This document shows positions 50,055 to 59,484 of a stretch of DNA of 64,000 nt, piece after piece; positions within the stretch are counted from its first letter, which is position 1; the number at the start of each line of letters is the position of its first letter. The notes below the pieces were generated by a model. That model saw only the letters and a program-made list of their open reading frames with translations, ran no database searches and was not told the origin of the DNA. A program made the translations under genes and the position numbers. This DNA is from an uncultured Actinomycetota bacterium (lineage in GTDB: Bacteria > Actinomycetota > Actinomycetes > Mycobacteriales > Micromonosporaceae), in the NCBI GenBank assembly GCA_963773935.1, contig CAVZCZ010000009.1, positions 50,442-114,441 of the forward strand, written 5' to 3'.

Positions 50055-51118
50055 CCCGGCGATTCACCTCAGCGGTTGCGGAGCCGTATCCACGCGGGCT
50101 CGAGTTCGGCCGCGCGCATGCGGCGCAGATCACAACGACGGTCGCGGACTACCTGCGGCTGTTCGAGCTCAAGAACACCCTCGGTATCGCCAATCTGCCC
50201 GCTGAGGTGGATCGGCTCGGCGCGGCGGCGCTGGATCGGATCCAGGCCTGGGCGCCCGAGCTGGCAGACGAGATCCGGGGCATCGCGATCGGAGCCGGCC
50301 TGGCGGTGGAGCGGATCGCGGCGATCAACGCGCGGACCGAGATCCTGGCGTCCCTGCGGGGACTCGGGGTCCGAATGCTCCACTGTGGTCACCGTCGGCA
50401 CGGCAACTCCGGCCGCGATGCAGAATTGGGACTGGTACGCCGCGATGGCTGATAACTGGCTACAGTGGACGATCCCACACCCCGATGGTCGGATGGTCAC
50501 CACGGTCACGGAGTACGGCGTGGTCGGCAAGATCGGGATCAACGGACGCGGCCTCGGCACGATGTTCAACATCCTGCACCATCGCGACGACGGCATCGGA
50601 GCGGTCGGCGTCCCGGTGCATGTCGTCGCGCGGCGGATCCTGGACACCGCGACCGATGTCGCGGACGCGCTTCGCATCTGCGAGTCTGCTCATGCGACGG
50701 GGCTGAGCGCGTCGACGTCGATCACGATCGTCGACCGGCGCACCGCCGTCATGGCCGAATTGTGGCCGGGCGGCGTCGGTCGGGTGGATCCCGATCGGGA
50801 CGGCCTTCTCATGCGCACAAACCACTTCCTGAGCAGTCCAGCCTGCGCCGGCGATACCGGTCCAGACAGCGACTCCGACACGCTGCAGCGCTACGCGTAC
50901 CTCCGCGACCGCCTCGGCGGCCGGGCCGAGAGCTCGACCGGGCCGCGGTGTTCGCGGCTCTCTCGGACGACTCGTCCGGCGTGTGCTGCCATCCAGTGCT
51001 GGAGGACGACCCCGCACTTCGCCACAGCACGCTGGCCACGGTCATGCTGGATCCGGGAAGCGCCACGATAGAGGTCTCCGCTGGCTCACCCTGCCGGGCC
51101 GCGCCCCTGCGCCACTGA
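50051..51118 (+). pseudogene. C45-family peptidase / acyl-CoA:6-APA acyltransferase-like protein, two frame switches
   Basis: ATGA overlap at 50051-50054. MTRRFTSAVAEPYPRGLEFGRAHAAQI.. (ORF 49952..50452), then ECSTVVTVGTATPAAMQNWDWY..TEYGVVGKIGINGRGLG.. (ORF 50076..51071), then the C-terminal part ..VCCHPVLEDDPALRHSTLATVMLDPGSATIEVSAGSPC (ORF 50465..51118). Switches are near 50370 and 50925. Confidence 0.6.
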
Positions 51119-51124
51119 CCGGAT

Positions 51125-51616
51125 TCAGGCGCGGAACGTCCAGCGGGTCGCCGACGTGGTGAACTCCGCCTCGACGATGCCGAACGCGGTCGCCGGCGTC
51201 ACCGCGAAGACCGGGTTCTGCGCCGGGTCGGGGAACCCCTCGCCGTACTTGGCGAGGTAGACCTCGCGCAGCCGGTCGAGCGTGCCCGCATCGGTGAGCT
51301 GTCGCGCCGTGCCGTGCAGCACCAGGGACTCGGACGTGTCCCCAGGGGTGACCGAGCAGCGGGGATCGCGGGTCAGGTTGCGTGCCTTGCGTGATCGGCC
51401 GCCGGTGGAGAAGCACACCGTGTCGTCGAACCAGACAGCCCATACCGTGGCGAGATGCGGTGCCCCGTCCGCGTCTGTGGTGGCGATCCAGTAACCGTGC
51501 GACCTGCGCAGCCGCTCGGTCGCCCACGACCACGGGAGCAATCCGGCCGGGTCGGCGTCGATTCCGTACCCGGGCATGGTGGGCCGCTCGGTCACCGCCG
51601 GCTCGCGCTCAGCCAT
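51125..51616 (-). CDS. pyridoxamine 5'-phosphate oxidase (PNPOx-like, F420/FMN-binding split barrel) family protein
   Basis: Intact 163 aa: LPWSWATERLRRSHGYWIATTDADGAPHLATVWAVWFDDTVCFSTG. Confidence 0.75.
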   Translation of the reverse strand: MAEREPAVTERPTMPGYGIDADPAGLLPWSWATERLRRSHGYWIATTDADGAPHLATVWAVWFDDTVCFSTGGRSRKARNLTRDPRCSVTPGDTSESLVLHGTARQLTDAGTLDRLREVYLAKYGEGFPDPAQNPVFAVTPATAFGIVEAEFTTSATRWTFRA

Positions 51617-51666
51617 GAGCCCAACCTAGCGGTGCCTGGCGGCATCGCGTCTGGCAGGCTGAGCCG

Positions 51667-52501
51667 GTGTTCAGTGCCCGCGATGCCGACGAGGTGGAGC
51701 GACTCGTCCGTACCGTCGCCGACCAAGAGATCATGCCCCGGTTCGGCCGTCTGACCGCCGCGGACATCGTCGAGAAGGCACCGGGTGACCTGGTCACCGT
51801 GGCGGACCGGGCGGCCGAGGAGGCGCTCAGCGTTGCCTTGTGCCGCATGATGGCCGGGTCGGTCGTGGTCGGAGAGGAAGCTGCCTGCGCCGATCCCCTG
51901 GTGCTGCTCGACGCTCGCCGGCGACGCTCCGGTGTGGGTCATCGACCCGATCGACGGCACCCACAACTACGCCCACGACAATCCGCGCTTCGCCACCCTG
52001 GTCGCGCTCTGTCACCGCGGGGAGCTGCTCGCGTCATGGACCTACGCGCCTGCGCTCGATGTGATGGCGACCGCCCGCGCCGGTGCCGGTGCCTACGTCA
52101 ACGGCGTCCGGGCCCAGGTCGCGGCGGCACCCTCGGGACTGCGGCACCTGGATGTGTGCACCTCGCAGCAGAAGTGGTGGACGGTTGCGGACCGGGTCCG
52201 GTTCAACGCGATGTGCCATGCCGGGGTGTCGTTGTGTTTCTTCGACACGTCCGGCCTGGAGTACATCGAGCTGGCCAGCGGTCGGCGCTCCGCGATGGTG
52301 CTCACGTGGGAGTTCCCGTGGGACCACGCCGCCGGTCTCCTGTTGCACGCCGAAGCCGGCGGGGTGTCGATGGCCCGCGACGGGCGCCCGTTCACCCTCG
52401 CCGGCGGCAACGAGCTGCCGTTCGTGGTCGCCCCGGACGCCGCCTGCGCGGCCGCGCTGCACGCAACCTTTGCCGAGGGCGAACTGGCGCTCATCCGCTG
52501 A
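51667..52501 (+). pseudogene. inositol monophosphatase family protein, one frame switch near 51915
   Basis: DLVTVADRAAEEAL..VVVGEE (ORF 51667..52515), then WVIDPIDGTHNYAHD...WDHAAGLLL (ORF 51932..52501). These are the classic IMPase motifs. Confidence 0.8.
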
Positions 52502-52526
52502 CCGCCCGATGCTGAGCAGCTAGCGA

Positions 52527-53386
52527 TCAGGTGCCGGGGCGGCGGCCGTAGAGGTGCACGATCGAGCCCACGCCGAGCAGGCCGTAGGCCGTCTTCGCGT
52601 CATCGTGCAGCAGGTTGACACAGCCGTGCGAGCCGTTGGGCATGTTGTGGATGTAGGTGGTCGTCTCGTGCAGGCCCATGCCCATGTAGAAGTGCTGCCA
52701 GTACGGCATCCACACTTTGAACGGCACCGACCATTCGTTCCGTGACTTGTTGACGATCCGGAAGGTGCCCGAAGGCGTCCGCCAGCCTGGCATGCCGGTC
52801 CGGGTCACCGTCGGCCCGAGAACGACCTGACCTGCCTTGGCGACGAAGAAGGTCTGGTTGGTCAGGTCGATGCAGGCGGTCGCGGCATCTGATTGGGGGC
52901 ACTTCGAAGGGTCGGTCGCCGCGATCCGGGCGGCAACGTCCTTTGTGGTCGGTCCGGGCTCCCGTTCGCCGGGACGATGCCCATCCGCTTCTGGAACGCG
53001 ACGATCGTGGCGCAGTCGCCGAACGACTGCCTGCCGTCCGCGTCGATGTCGCCGTAGGTGCCGATCTTGGCCAACGCAGTCTCCACCTCGGACTGGTACG
53101 GCCCGACCGGGCAGGGTGGCGGCCCGATGACGACCGACTCGGTGCGAACCGGCGGTGGCGTCGGTTCCGGAGTCGGGGAGGGCTCCGCACTCGGCGAAGG
53201 TTCTGCTCCGGGCGCGGCGAACGACTGCAGCCGTGGATATGTCGGCTCCATTTGGCCGCATCCGGCGAGAGCCAGAACAGCGATGAGTGCGAGTGCACCC
53301 AGCAAGGCTCTCCGGCGTCCGGCTACACCAGAAAGTCGTCGCAACGTCAGCTCCCCGCGGTCAGAGTCGAATCGATGCGCGCGCAA
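52527..53386 (-). pseudogene. L,D-transpeptidase (YkuD) lipoprotein with PG-binding-like domain, one frame switch near 52965
   Basis: N-terminal part ..VAGRRRALLGALALIAVLALAGC (lipobox; GTG 53326 is a plausible start, TTG 53386 is the longest) ..YGDIDADGRQSFGDCATIVAFQKRMGI (ORF 52862..53386). The YkuD core ..RTPSGTFRIVNKSRNEWS..HETTTYIHNMPNGSHGCVNL is in ORF 52527..53261. Confidence 0.8.
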
Positions 53387-53555
53387 TCATGGCGCGCCGG
53401 GTGGACTCTAACCGGTAAGGAGCGCAGGCGGAATCCACCACCTCACGGACCGGACATCAGCCAAACCGGCACAACTGACCCGAGGTGTCATGCTCCCGAC
53501 ACTTCACAGGCAACCAAATGCGTGGTTACCGCAATCGGCGCGATCTCAAGTGGAC

Positions 53556-54207
53556 TTAGCTGGCGGAAAGGATGTCGACGACGAAGCGGAGGTCGCCTTC
53601 GGGGCCGCCACCGTTGGGGTAGGCGAGGGCAGCGGGGATGTCCAGCTGCACCCGGCTGCCGACGGGAATGCCGACCAGGCCCTGGTCCCAACCCTGGATG
53701 ACGCCGCCCTGACCGAGCGTGAAATCGAACGTGTCGTTGTGCTTCCACGACGCGTCGAACTCTTCGCCGGTGGCTAGGGAGACGCCGACGTAGTTGACCG
53801 TGATCGTCTGGCCGTTCGCGGTCGGGGCGCCACTACCGGTGATGAGGGTGGTCACACCGAGGGCGGTCACTGGGTCGCCCGCCGTGACGACGGGCTTGGT
53901 GGCCAGCGCCGGGTCGGCGCCCGGCGGCAGGGCCGAGGCCGGAGCGGTGGTGTTGTCGGCCAGCAGGAGTCGAGCTCTCGGCTTGAGGCGTGCTCGCCGG
54001 CGGTGAGTCCGTGCCGGTGAAGAGCCAGACCGCCCCGATGACGATCAGAACCAGGCCGAATGGCGCGGCGATCTTGCCGATCTTGTTGAGGAGCTGCTTG
54101 CGGCGCCGCTGAGCGGCGCGCTTCGCGGCGGCCGCCTTGCCGAGGGCACGCCGCTCGGCCTTGGGCAGCAGGCCTTCTCCGGACCGGTCCTTGACCGAGT
54201 TGCTCAC
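53556..54207 (-). pseudogene. membrane-anchored FKBP-type peptidyl-prolyl isomerase, one frame switch near 53950
   Basis: N-terminal basic region plus TM (MSNSVKDRSGE..IAAPFGLVLIVIGAVWLF) is in ORF 53833..54207. The FKBP core TVNYVGVSLATGEEFDASWKHNDTFDFTLGQGGVIQGWDQGLVG is in ORF 53556..53870. Confidence 0.75.
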
Positions 54208-54428
54208 GGGTCCTCCTAGCGCCGCGCTACTGCGCGGGTCTTCCAGTTGTGCCGGTGATTGCGCGACACTCTTGGTACGGATGTGGCTGATGGTCCGCGA
54301 TCCAGGGGGATGGAACCGCTAGCAGAATAGCCGGACGGGATAAGTCCTGGCGAAACAGCGCAATGGGTATCCCGTACCGTTGGCCTCTCCCACCCGGAAG
54401 CTCAGATCACAGGCCCGCGGAGCGTGCG

Positions 54429-54923
54429 ATGTCGGAAGTCGAGACCGTTACGGTGTGGCGGGCCGATCGGAGGTACCGGTTGGCGGCCGCAGCCGTCATC
54501 GTCGTACTGCTCCTGTTCAGCGCGCGGGTCCTGGTGGTGTACGGATACCTGGCCCTGATCGGCGTCGGCCTCGTACTCGCGGTGATCTTCCAGACCTGGT
54601 GGATGCTGCTGCGGCCGAGACTATCCGCGGGTCCGGACGGGGTCGAGGTGGTCTCCGGTCGGAGCGTGGTGCGCCTGCCGTGGAAGGAGATCCGGCGGTG
54701 CGAGCCCGGTTCCGAGGGCCTCACGATCGTCTGCGCCGGCGGCCGCGAGGTGCTCTCGCGCGTACCGCAGCAACGCAAGTCCGCCGCGGCCGAACCGACC
54801 GAGGCCGACCTGACTGCGGCGTACCTGGCCCAGCGAGCGGCGTGGGCGCGTAAGCCGTCCGGGCCGGCGCCGACATACATCCCGCCGCCGAGCAAGCCAC
54901 CGAACAGCCCGCAGAAGACATAG
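54429..54923 (+). CDS. PH-domain (bacterial PH_2-like) membrane protein, tentative
   Basis: ATG 54429. Two TM helices, then GPDGVEVVSGRSVVRLPWKEIRRCEPGSEGLTIV, as I remember for the low-molecular-weight antigen/PH family. Confidence 0.45.
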   Translation: MSEVETVTVWRADRRYRLAAAAVIVVLLLFSARVLVVYGYLALIGVGLVLAVIFQTWWMLLRPRLSAGPDGVEVVSGRSVVRLPWKEIRRCEPGSEGLTIVCAGGREVLSRVPQQRKSAAAEPTEADLTAAYLAQRAAWARKPSGPAPTYIPPPSKPPNSPQKT

Positions 54924-54925
54924 GC

Positions 54926-55804
54926 GTGCGCGCCGGGATCGTGATCCTTGCCGACGAGCGGTGGTCGGTCGCCGCCCGGCGATGGCGGCTGGCCGAGGAA
55001 TACGGGTTCGCCCACGCGTGGACCTACGACCACCTTGGCTGGCGAAGTCTCGTCGACGGACCCTGGTTCGACGCGGTCCCGACCCTCACCGCCGCGGCCC
55101 AGGTGACCTCGCGGATCCGGCTCGGCACCCTGGTCGCGTCGCCAAACTTCCGGCATCCGGTGCCGTTCGCCCGCCAGGTGACCGCGCTGGACGACATCTC
55201 CGGCGGACGGATCCTGCTCGGGGTCGGCGCCGGAGCAGGCGGCACCTCCTTCGACGCGATGGTCCTAGGCCAGCCTGAGCTGACCCCGAAGGAGCAGGGC
55301 GACCGCTACGCCGAGTTCCTGGAACTGCTCGACCGGGTGCTGCGCGAGGACCGGGTCACTTGGCGTGGGAAGTACTACACCGCCGTGGACGCGCGAAGCA
55401 CCCCAGGCTGCGTGCAGTCGCCGCGGGTGCCGTTCATCGTGGCGGCCAATGGTCCGCGCTCGCGCCGGCTAGCGGTGAGGTTCGGTCAGGGTTGGGTCAC
55501 CACCGGCGGCCCGGCGGAGAATCTCGACGGGTGGTGGCGGGTCGTCGCCGACTCCGCCCAGCGGTTCACCGAGAGCCTGCACGCTGCCGGGCGAGATCCG
55601 TCCTCTGTGGACCGTTATCTCTCCCTGGACGCGTCGCCGGTCTACTCGTTGAGCAGCGTGGCGGCGTTCACCGACGCGGTCGGGCGGGCGGGCGAGCTCG
55701 GATTCACCGACGTGGTCACGCATTGGCCCCGGCGGGACGACTGGTACGCCGGCGACGAGGCGGTGCTGGAGGCGGTCGCCACCGAGGTCTTGCCGACGCT
55801 GTGA
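54926..55804 (+). CDS. LLM-class (F420-dependent-like) oxidoreductase
   Basis: Intact 292 aa: EEYGFAHAWTYDHL...RIRLGTLVASPNFRHP...GGRILLGVGAG. Confidence 0.8.
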   Translation: MRAGIVILADERWSVAARRWRLAEEYGFAHAWTYDHLGWRSLVDGPWFDAVPTLTAAAQVTSRIRLGTLVASPNFRHPVPFARQVTALDDISGGRILLGVGAGAGGTSFDAMVLGQPELTPKEQGDRYAEFLELLDRVLREDRVTWRGKYYTAVDARSTPGCVQSPRVPFIVAANGPRSRRLAVRFGQGWVTTGGPAENLDGWWRVVADSAQRFTESLHAAGRDPSSVDRYLSLDASPVYSLSSVAAFTDAVGRAGELGFTDVVTHWPRRDDWYAGDEAVLEAVATEVLPTL

Positions 55805-55890
55805 ATCCCGGCCCGGGCCGCGGGTAAAGTACGCACCGACATCGCCGGCAAATGTGGCGTTAGCCGGGCGCGCTCTCAGGCCGGTAGGAG

Positions 55891-56505
55891 GTGGCGGTGG
55901 CTGGCCAACCAGCGCAGGGTTCCGGTCGAGTGCTCACGATCCCGAACCTGGTCAGCTTTGCTCGGCTCGCCGGCGTACCGCTGTTCCTGTACCTGGTCCT
56001 CGGCCCGCATGAGGACGGATGGGCGGTCGTGGTGCTCGCCGTCGGCGGCACCTCCGACTGGGTGGACGGTTTCCTGGCCCGTCGGCTCAACCAGACCAGC
56101 CGCCTCGGCGAGCTGCTCGACCCGCTCGCGGACCGGCTGTACATCGTGGCCACCGTCATCGCGCTCACCATCCGCGACGTGGTCCCACTCTGGTTCACCC
56201 TCGCCCTGCTGGCTCGTGAGCTGCTACTCGGCGTGTGCCTACTCGTGCTGCGGCGGTACGGCTACGGTCCGCCGCCGGTGCACTACGTCGGCAAGTCGGC
56301 CACCTTCATCCTGTTGCTCGCGCTGCCGATCCTGCTGCTATTGAAGGTCAGCCCGGGTACCGAGTACTGGACCTACCCGACCGGTTGGAGCCTCGCCTGG
56401 TGGGGACTGGCGCTGTACTGGATAGCGGCCCTGTTCTATGTGGTCCAGGTCGTCGGCGTGGTCCGCGCGGGCCGACCCGCACCGGCCGGGCAGGCATCGG
56501 CGTGA
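55891..56505 (+). CDS. CDP-alcohol phosphatidyltransferase (PgsA/cardiolipin-synthase type; Rv1822-like position)
   Basis: Intact 204 aa. CDP-OH motif SDWVDGFLARRLNQTSRLGELLDPLADRL. Confidence 0.85.
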   Translation: MAVAGQPAQGSGRVLTIPNLVSFARLAGVPLFLYLVLGPHEDGWAVVVLAVGGTSDWVDGFLARRLNQTSRLGELLDPLADRLYIVATVIALTIRDVVPLWFTLALLARELLLGVCLLVLRRYGYGPPPVHYVGKSATFILLLALPILLLLKVSPGTEYWTYPTGWSLAWWGLALYWIAALFYVVQVVGVVRAGRPAPAGQASA

Positions 56506-57398
56506 CACATGATCCCGCTGACCCCACTGTCCCGCCGACGCCCGCCGGCGGGGGCAAGCGGTTCGCCCCCAACTTCCTGCTCGAGCTGTTCACCGATCCG
56601 CTCGATCCGGGCTACGCCGACGCAGCCGCGGCCCGGGCGGCGCATGGTCCGAAACCGGCCTGGCGCCGGGCATCCGCGTTCGGGCTGCGAACGCTGACCT
56701 TGGTGCTGGTCGGGTTCCTGCTCGCGGTGGCGTATCGGGAAGCGGTCGCGGCCGAGCCCGAGCGCAGCCGAGCCCACGCTGGTCTGGTCGATGAGGTCAA
56801 GGTTGCGCAGGAGCGCACCGACGGCATGCAGTCCCGCAGCGATAGGCTGCGCCGTGAGGTCACGGCCGCCCAGCAGGCCGCGCTGGGCGGCAGCGCCGAG
56901 CAGTTGCGCCGGGTGCAGGAGCAGGAAGCCGCGGCCGGGCTCGCCGCCGTCACGGGTCCCGGTGTGATCGTGCGGCTGGCCGACGCGCCCGCGCCGATCG
57001 ACCCGAACACCGGTCGACCCAGCACAGCGGCGGTGAGCCGGGTTCTCGACGTGGACCTGCAGAGCGTGGCCAATGCGCTGTGGGCGGCGGGTGCCGAGGC
57101 GATCGCCATCAATGGCCAGCGGCTGACCGCAACCTCGACCATCCGTGCGGCCGGTGACGCGGTGCTGGTGGACTTCCGGCCGGTGACAAGTCCGTACGAG
57201 GTGGCCGCGATCGGGCCCGACGACCTCGAGCGGACGTTCAACCACACCGCGGCGGCAGCGAGCATCGCCGATCTGGCCAGCCAGTACGGCCTCGGCTTCA
57301 GCACCCGGTCGGCGAGCCCGCTGAACCTGCCCGCGGCGCCTGGCTCGACCCTGCGTTACGCGCAACCTTTACCGTCAGCCTCGGGAGCGACCAGATGA
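56502..57398 (+). CDS. DUF881 domain protein
   Basis: GTGA overlap at 56502-56505, in the frame of ORF 56235..57398. TM, coiled-coil, then GPGVIVRLADA...VDLQSVANALWAAGAEAIAINGQRL... Confidence 0.75.
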   Translation: MTHDPADPTVPPTPAGGGKRFAPNFLLELFTDPLDPGYADAAAARAAHGPKPAWRRASAFGLRTLTLVLVGFLLAVAYREAVAAEPERSRAHAGLVDEVKVAQERTDGMQSRSDRLRREVTAAQQAALGGSAEQLRRVQEQEAAAGLAAVTGPGVIVRLADAPAPIDPNTGRPSTAAVSRVLDVDLQSVANALWAAGAEAIAINGQRLTATSTIRAAGDAVLVDFRPVTSPYEVAAIGPDDLERTFNHTAAAASIADLASQYGLGFSTRSASPLNLPAAPGSTLRYAQPLPSASGATR

Positions 57399-57727
57399 TC
57401 GCCGTGCTCGCCCTCATCGCCGGCGTCGCGGCCGGCCTGCTGCTGCAACCCACGGTGCCGGTAGTGCTGCAGCCGTACCTGCCGATCGCCGTCGTCGCCG
57501 CACTGGACGCGGTCTTTGGTGGCGTGCGGGCCCGGCTGGACGGGGTCTTCGACGACAAGCAGTTCGTGGTGTCGTTCGTGTCCAACGTTCTGGTCGCGGC
57601 GTTCATCGTCTATCTTGGCGACCAGCTCGGCGTTGGTGGGCAGCTCTCGACCGGTGTGGTCGTGGTGCTCGGGGTACGGATTTTCGGGAACGTCGCAGCG
57701 ATCCGGCGTCACCTGTTCCGGGCGTGA
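57395..57727 (+). CDS. small basic family protein (DUF1290)
   Basis: Intact 110 aa with 3 TM, located between two DUF881 genes. 4-bp overlap upstream. Confidence 0.7.
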   Translation: MIAVLALIAGVAAGLLLQPTVPVVLQPYLPIAVVAALDAVFGGVRARLDGVFDDKQFVVSFVSNVLVAAFIVYLGDQLGVGGQLSTGVVVVLGVRIFGNVAAIRRHLFRA

Positions 57728-57731
57728 CGGC

Positions 57732-58490
57732 GTGATGATGTCCACACCAGACGATCGCGCCGAGACCGAGCCGCCGCCGGCGGACTCCGGTCGGCAGCGA
57801 CGCCTGTCCACGGCCGGGGCAGTGATCGCTCTGCTGGTGGGGCTACTCGCGTTCGCGCTCGTGGTGCAGGTGCGCAGCAACGTCGGCGACACGCAGCTCG
57901 AGAACGCCCGTCAGGACGACCTGGTGCGGATCTTGTCCGACCTCAACGCGCGCGAGCAGCGACTGCGCAGTGACATCACGAGCCTGGAGCAGACCCTGGC
58001 CCAACTCGGCGCCGGAGCGCAGGGCCGTGAGGCTGCGCTCGCGCAGGCCCGCCGGCGGGCCAACGACCTCGGCATCCTCGCCGGCACGCTGGCCGCCGAA
58101 GGGGAGGGCCTGACCATCGGGCTGCGGCCTGAGCGGGACGCGATCCGGGCTGCCACGGTGCTCGAAGCCATCGAGGAACTGCGCGGCGCCGGCGCCGAGG
58201 CGATGCAAATCGCGGGCGCGTCGGGTCCGGCGGTGCGGGTCGTCGCCTCGACCTACTTCGCCGACGGCGGGGGTGGGTTGGTGGTCGACGGCCAGACGCT
58301 GCCGGCCCCGTACACCCTGACCGTGATCGGCCCCGCCGCAACCATGCAGACGGCGTTGATGATTCCCGGCGGTGTCGCCGACTCGGTCGCCCGGGACGGA
58401 GGTACCTTGCAGGTGGACCAGGCGCCAACCGTACGGGTGGATGCGTTGCACCCGCCGGAGGCGCTCGAATACGCCGAACCCGTACAGTGA
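57732..58490 (+). CDS. DUF881 domain protein
   Basis: In the frame of ORF 57516..58490. Start is GTG 57732 or ATG 57735. TM, coiled-coil (..LRSDITSLEQTLAQLG..), then GEGLTIGLRPE...EELRGAGAEAMQIAG. Confidence 0.75.
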   Translation: MMMSTPDDRAETEPPPADSGRQRRLSTAGAVIALLVGLLAFALVVQVRSNVGDTQLENARQDDLVRILSDLNAREQRLRSDITSLEQTLAQLGAGAQGREAALAQARRRANDLGILAGTLAAEGEGLTIGLRPERDAIRAATVLEAIEELRGAGAEAMQIAGASGPAVRVVASTYFADGGGGLVVDGQTLPAPYTLTVIGPAATMQTALMIPGGVADSVARDGGTLQVDQAPTVRVDALHPPEALEYAEPVQ

Positions 58491-58524
58491 CGTTACTCAA
58501 TCTTGGTGAGAAGGGTCTTGTCAG

Positions 58525-58905
58525 GTGATCCCAGAAGAGCTTCGCTACACGTCCGAGCACGAGTGGGTCCGCGCGGGCAGCCCGAGCGTTCGGGTCGGGA
58601 TCACCGACTATGCACAGGACGCGTTGGGCGACATCGTGTACGTGCAGTTGCCCGAGCCGGGCACGGCGGTCCAGGCGGGCCAATCGCTGGGTGAGGTGGA
58701 GTCGACCAAGAGCGTCTCCGAGATCTATGCGCCGCTCAGCGGCACGGTCACGGGCCGCAACGACAAGCTCGGGGACGAGCCAGAGCTGATCAACTCCGAC
58801 CCGTACGGCGACGGCTGGTTGGTAGAGATCGAACCCGCCGACCCGGAGGCGCTGGAGGAGCTGCTCGACGCACAGGCGTACGAAGAACTCACCAGTACGG
58901 GGTGA
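58525..58905 (+). CDS. gcvH: glycine cleavage system H protein
   Basis: Intact 126 aa. YTSEHEWVR..GITDYAQDALGDIVYVQLPE..VESTKSVSEIYAPLSG contains the lipoyl-Lys motif. Confidence 0.92.
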   Translation: MIPEELRYTSEHEWVRAGSPSVRVGITDYAQDALGDIVYVQLPEPGTAVQAGQSLGEVESTKSVSEIYAPLSGTVTGRNDKLGDEPELINSDPYGDGWLVEIEPADPEALEELLDAQAYEELTSTG

Positions 58906-59027
58906 TCGGTCATTGCCGGGCCGGGCGCCCGCGCGTCCGGTTGACCCGAAGTTTTCGGCGTGGCTAGGCTCGCCAGGTCGACCGTTGACTAACGGACGGC
59001 GTTCGTTGGCATCCGTGAGGTGGTTGC

Positions 59028-59477
59028 ATGACCCGACCTGACGACGAGTACCCACCGCTCGACGTCACCTCGACGCTGCACATGGGTTCCCTCGACGAGG
59101 TTCTCGAGGGTGCCGATGTCGGGGACGACGCCCTGCCGGGTCGGGTCGCGGGCAGCCTGCCGCCGGGCATGGCGCTGCTCGTCGTCCGTCGTGGGCCCAA
59201 TGCGGGAGCGCGCTTCCTCCTCGACCACGACGTGACCACGAGCGGCCGGCACCCGGATAGCGACATCTTTCTCGACGACGTCACGGTGTCCCGCCGGCAT
59301 GCCGAGTTCCACCGCGGGCCGGCCGGCTTCACCGTCCGGGACGTGGGCAGCCTGAACGGCACGTATGTCAACCGGGAGCGGGTCGAGTCGGCCACCCTGA
59401 GCAACAGCGACGAGGTGCAGATCGGCAAGTTCCGGCTGGTGTTCATCGCCGGACCGCGCTTGGACGACGTGACCTGA
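59028..59477 (+). CDS. garA: FHA-domain regulator GarA/OdhI homologue
   Basis: Intact 149 aa. The N-terminal phospho-acceptor region has the ..DVTSTLH.. motif region. The FHA core is RFLLDHDVTTSGRHPDSDIFLDDVTVSRRHAEF...VRDVGSLNGTYVNRE. It follows gcvH as in mycobacteria. Confidence 0.85.
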   Translation: MTRPDDEYPPLDVTSTLHMGSLDEVLEGADVGDDALPGRVAGSLPPGMALLVVRRGPNAGARFLLDHDVTTSGRHPDSDIFLDDVTVSRRHAEFHRGPAGFTVRDVGSLNGTYVNRERVESATLSNSDEVQIGKFRLVFIAGPRLDDVT

Positions 59478-59484
59478 GCGTCCC

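Noticed and set aside
53387-53555. Possible c-di-AMP (ydaO-type) or other riboswitch in the 5' leader of the L,D-transpeptidase gene.
   Set aside because: I could not find the conserved ydaO core segments by eye. It needs a covariance-model search (Rfam cmscan) before any claim can be made.
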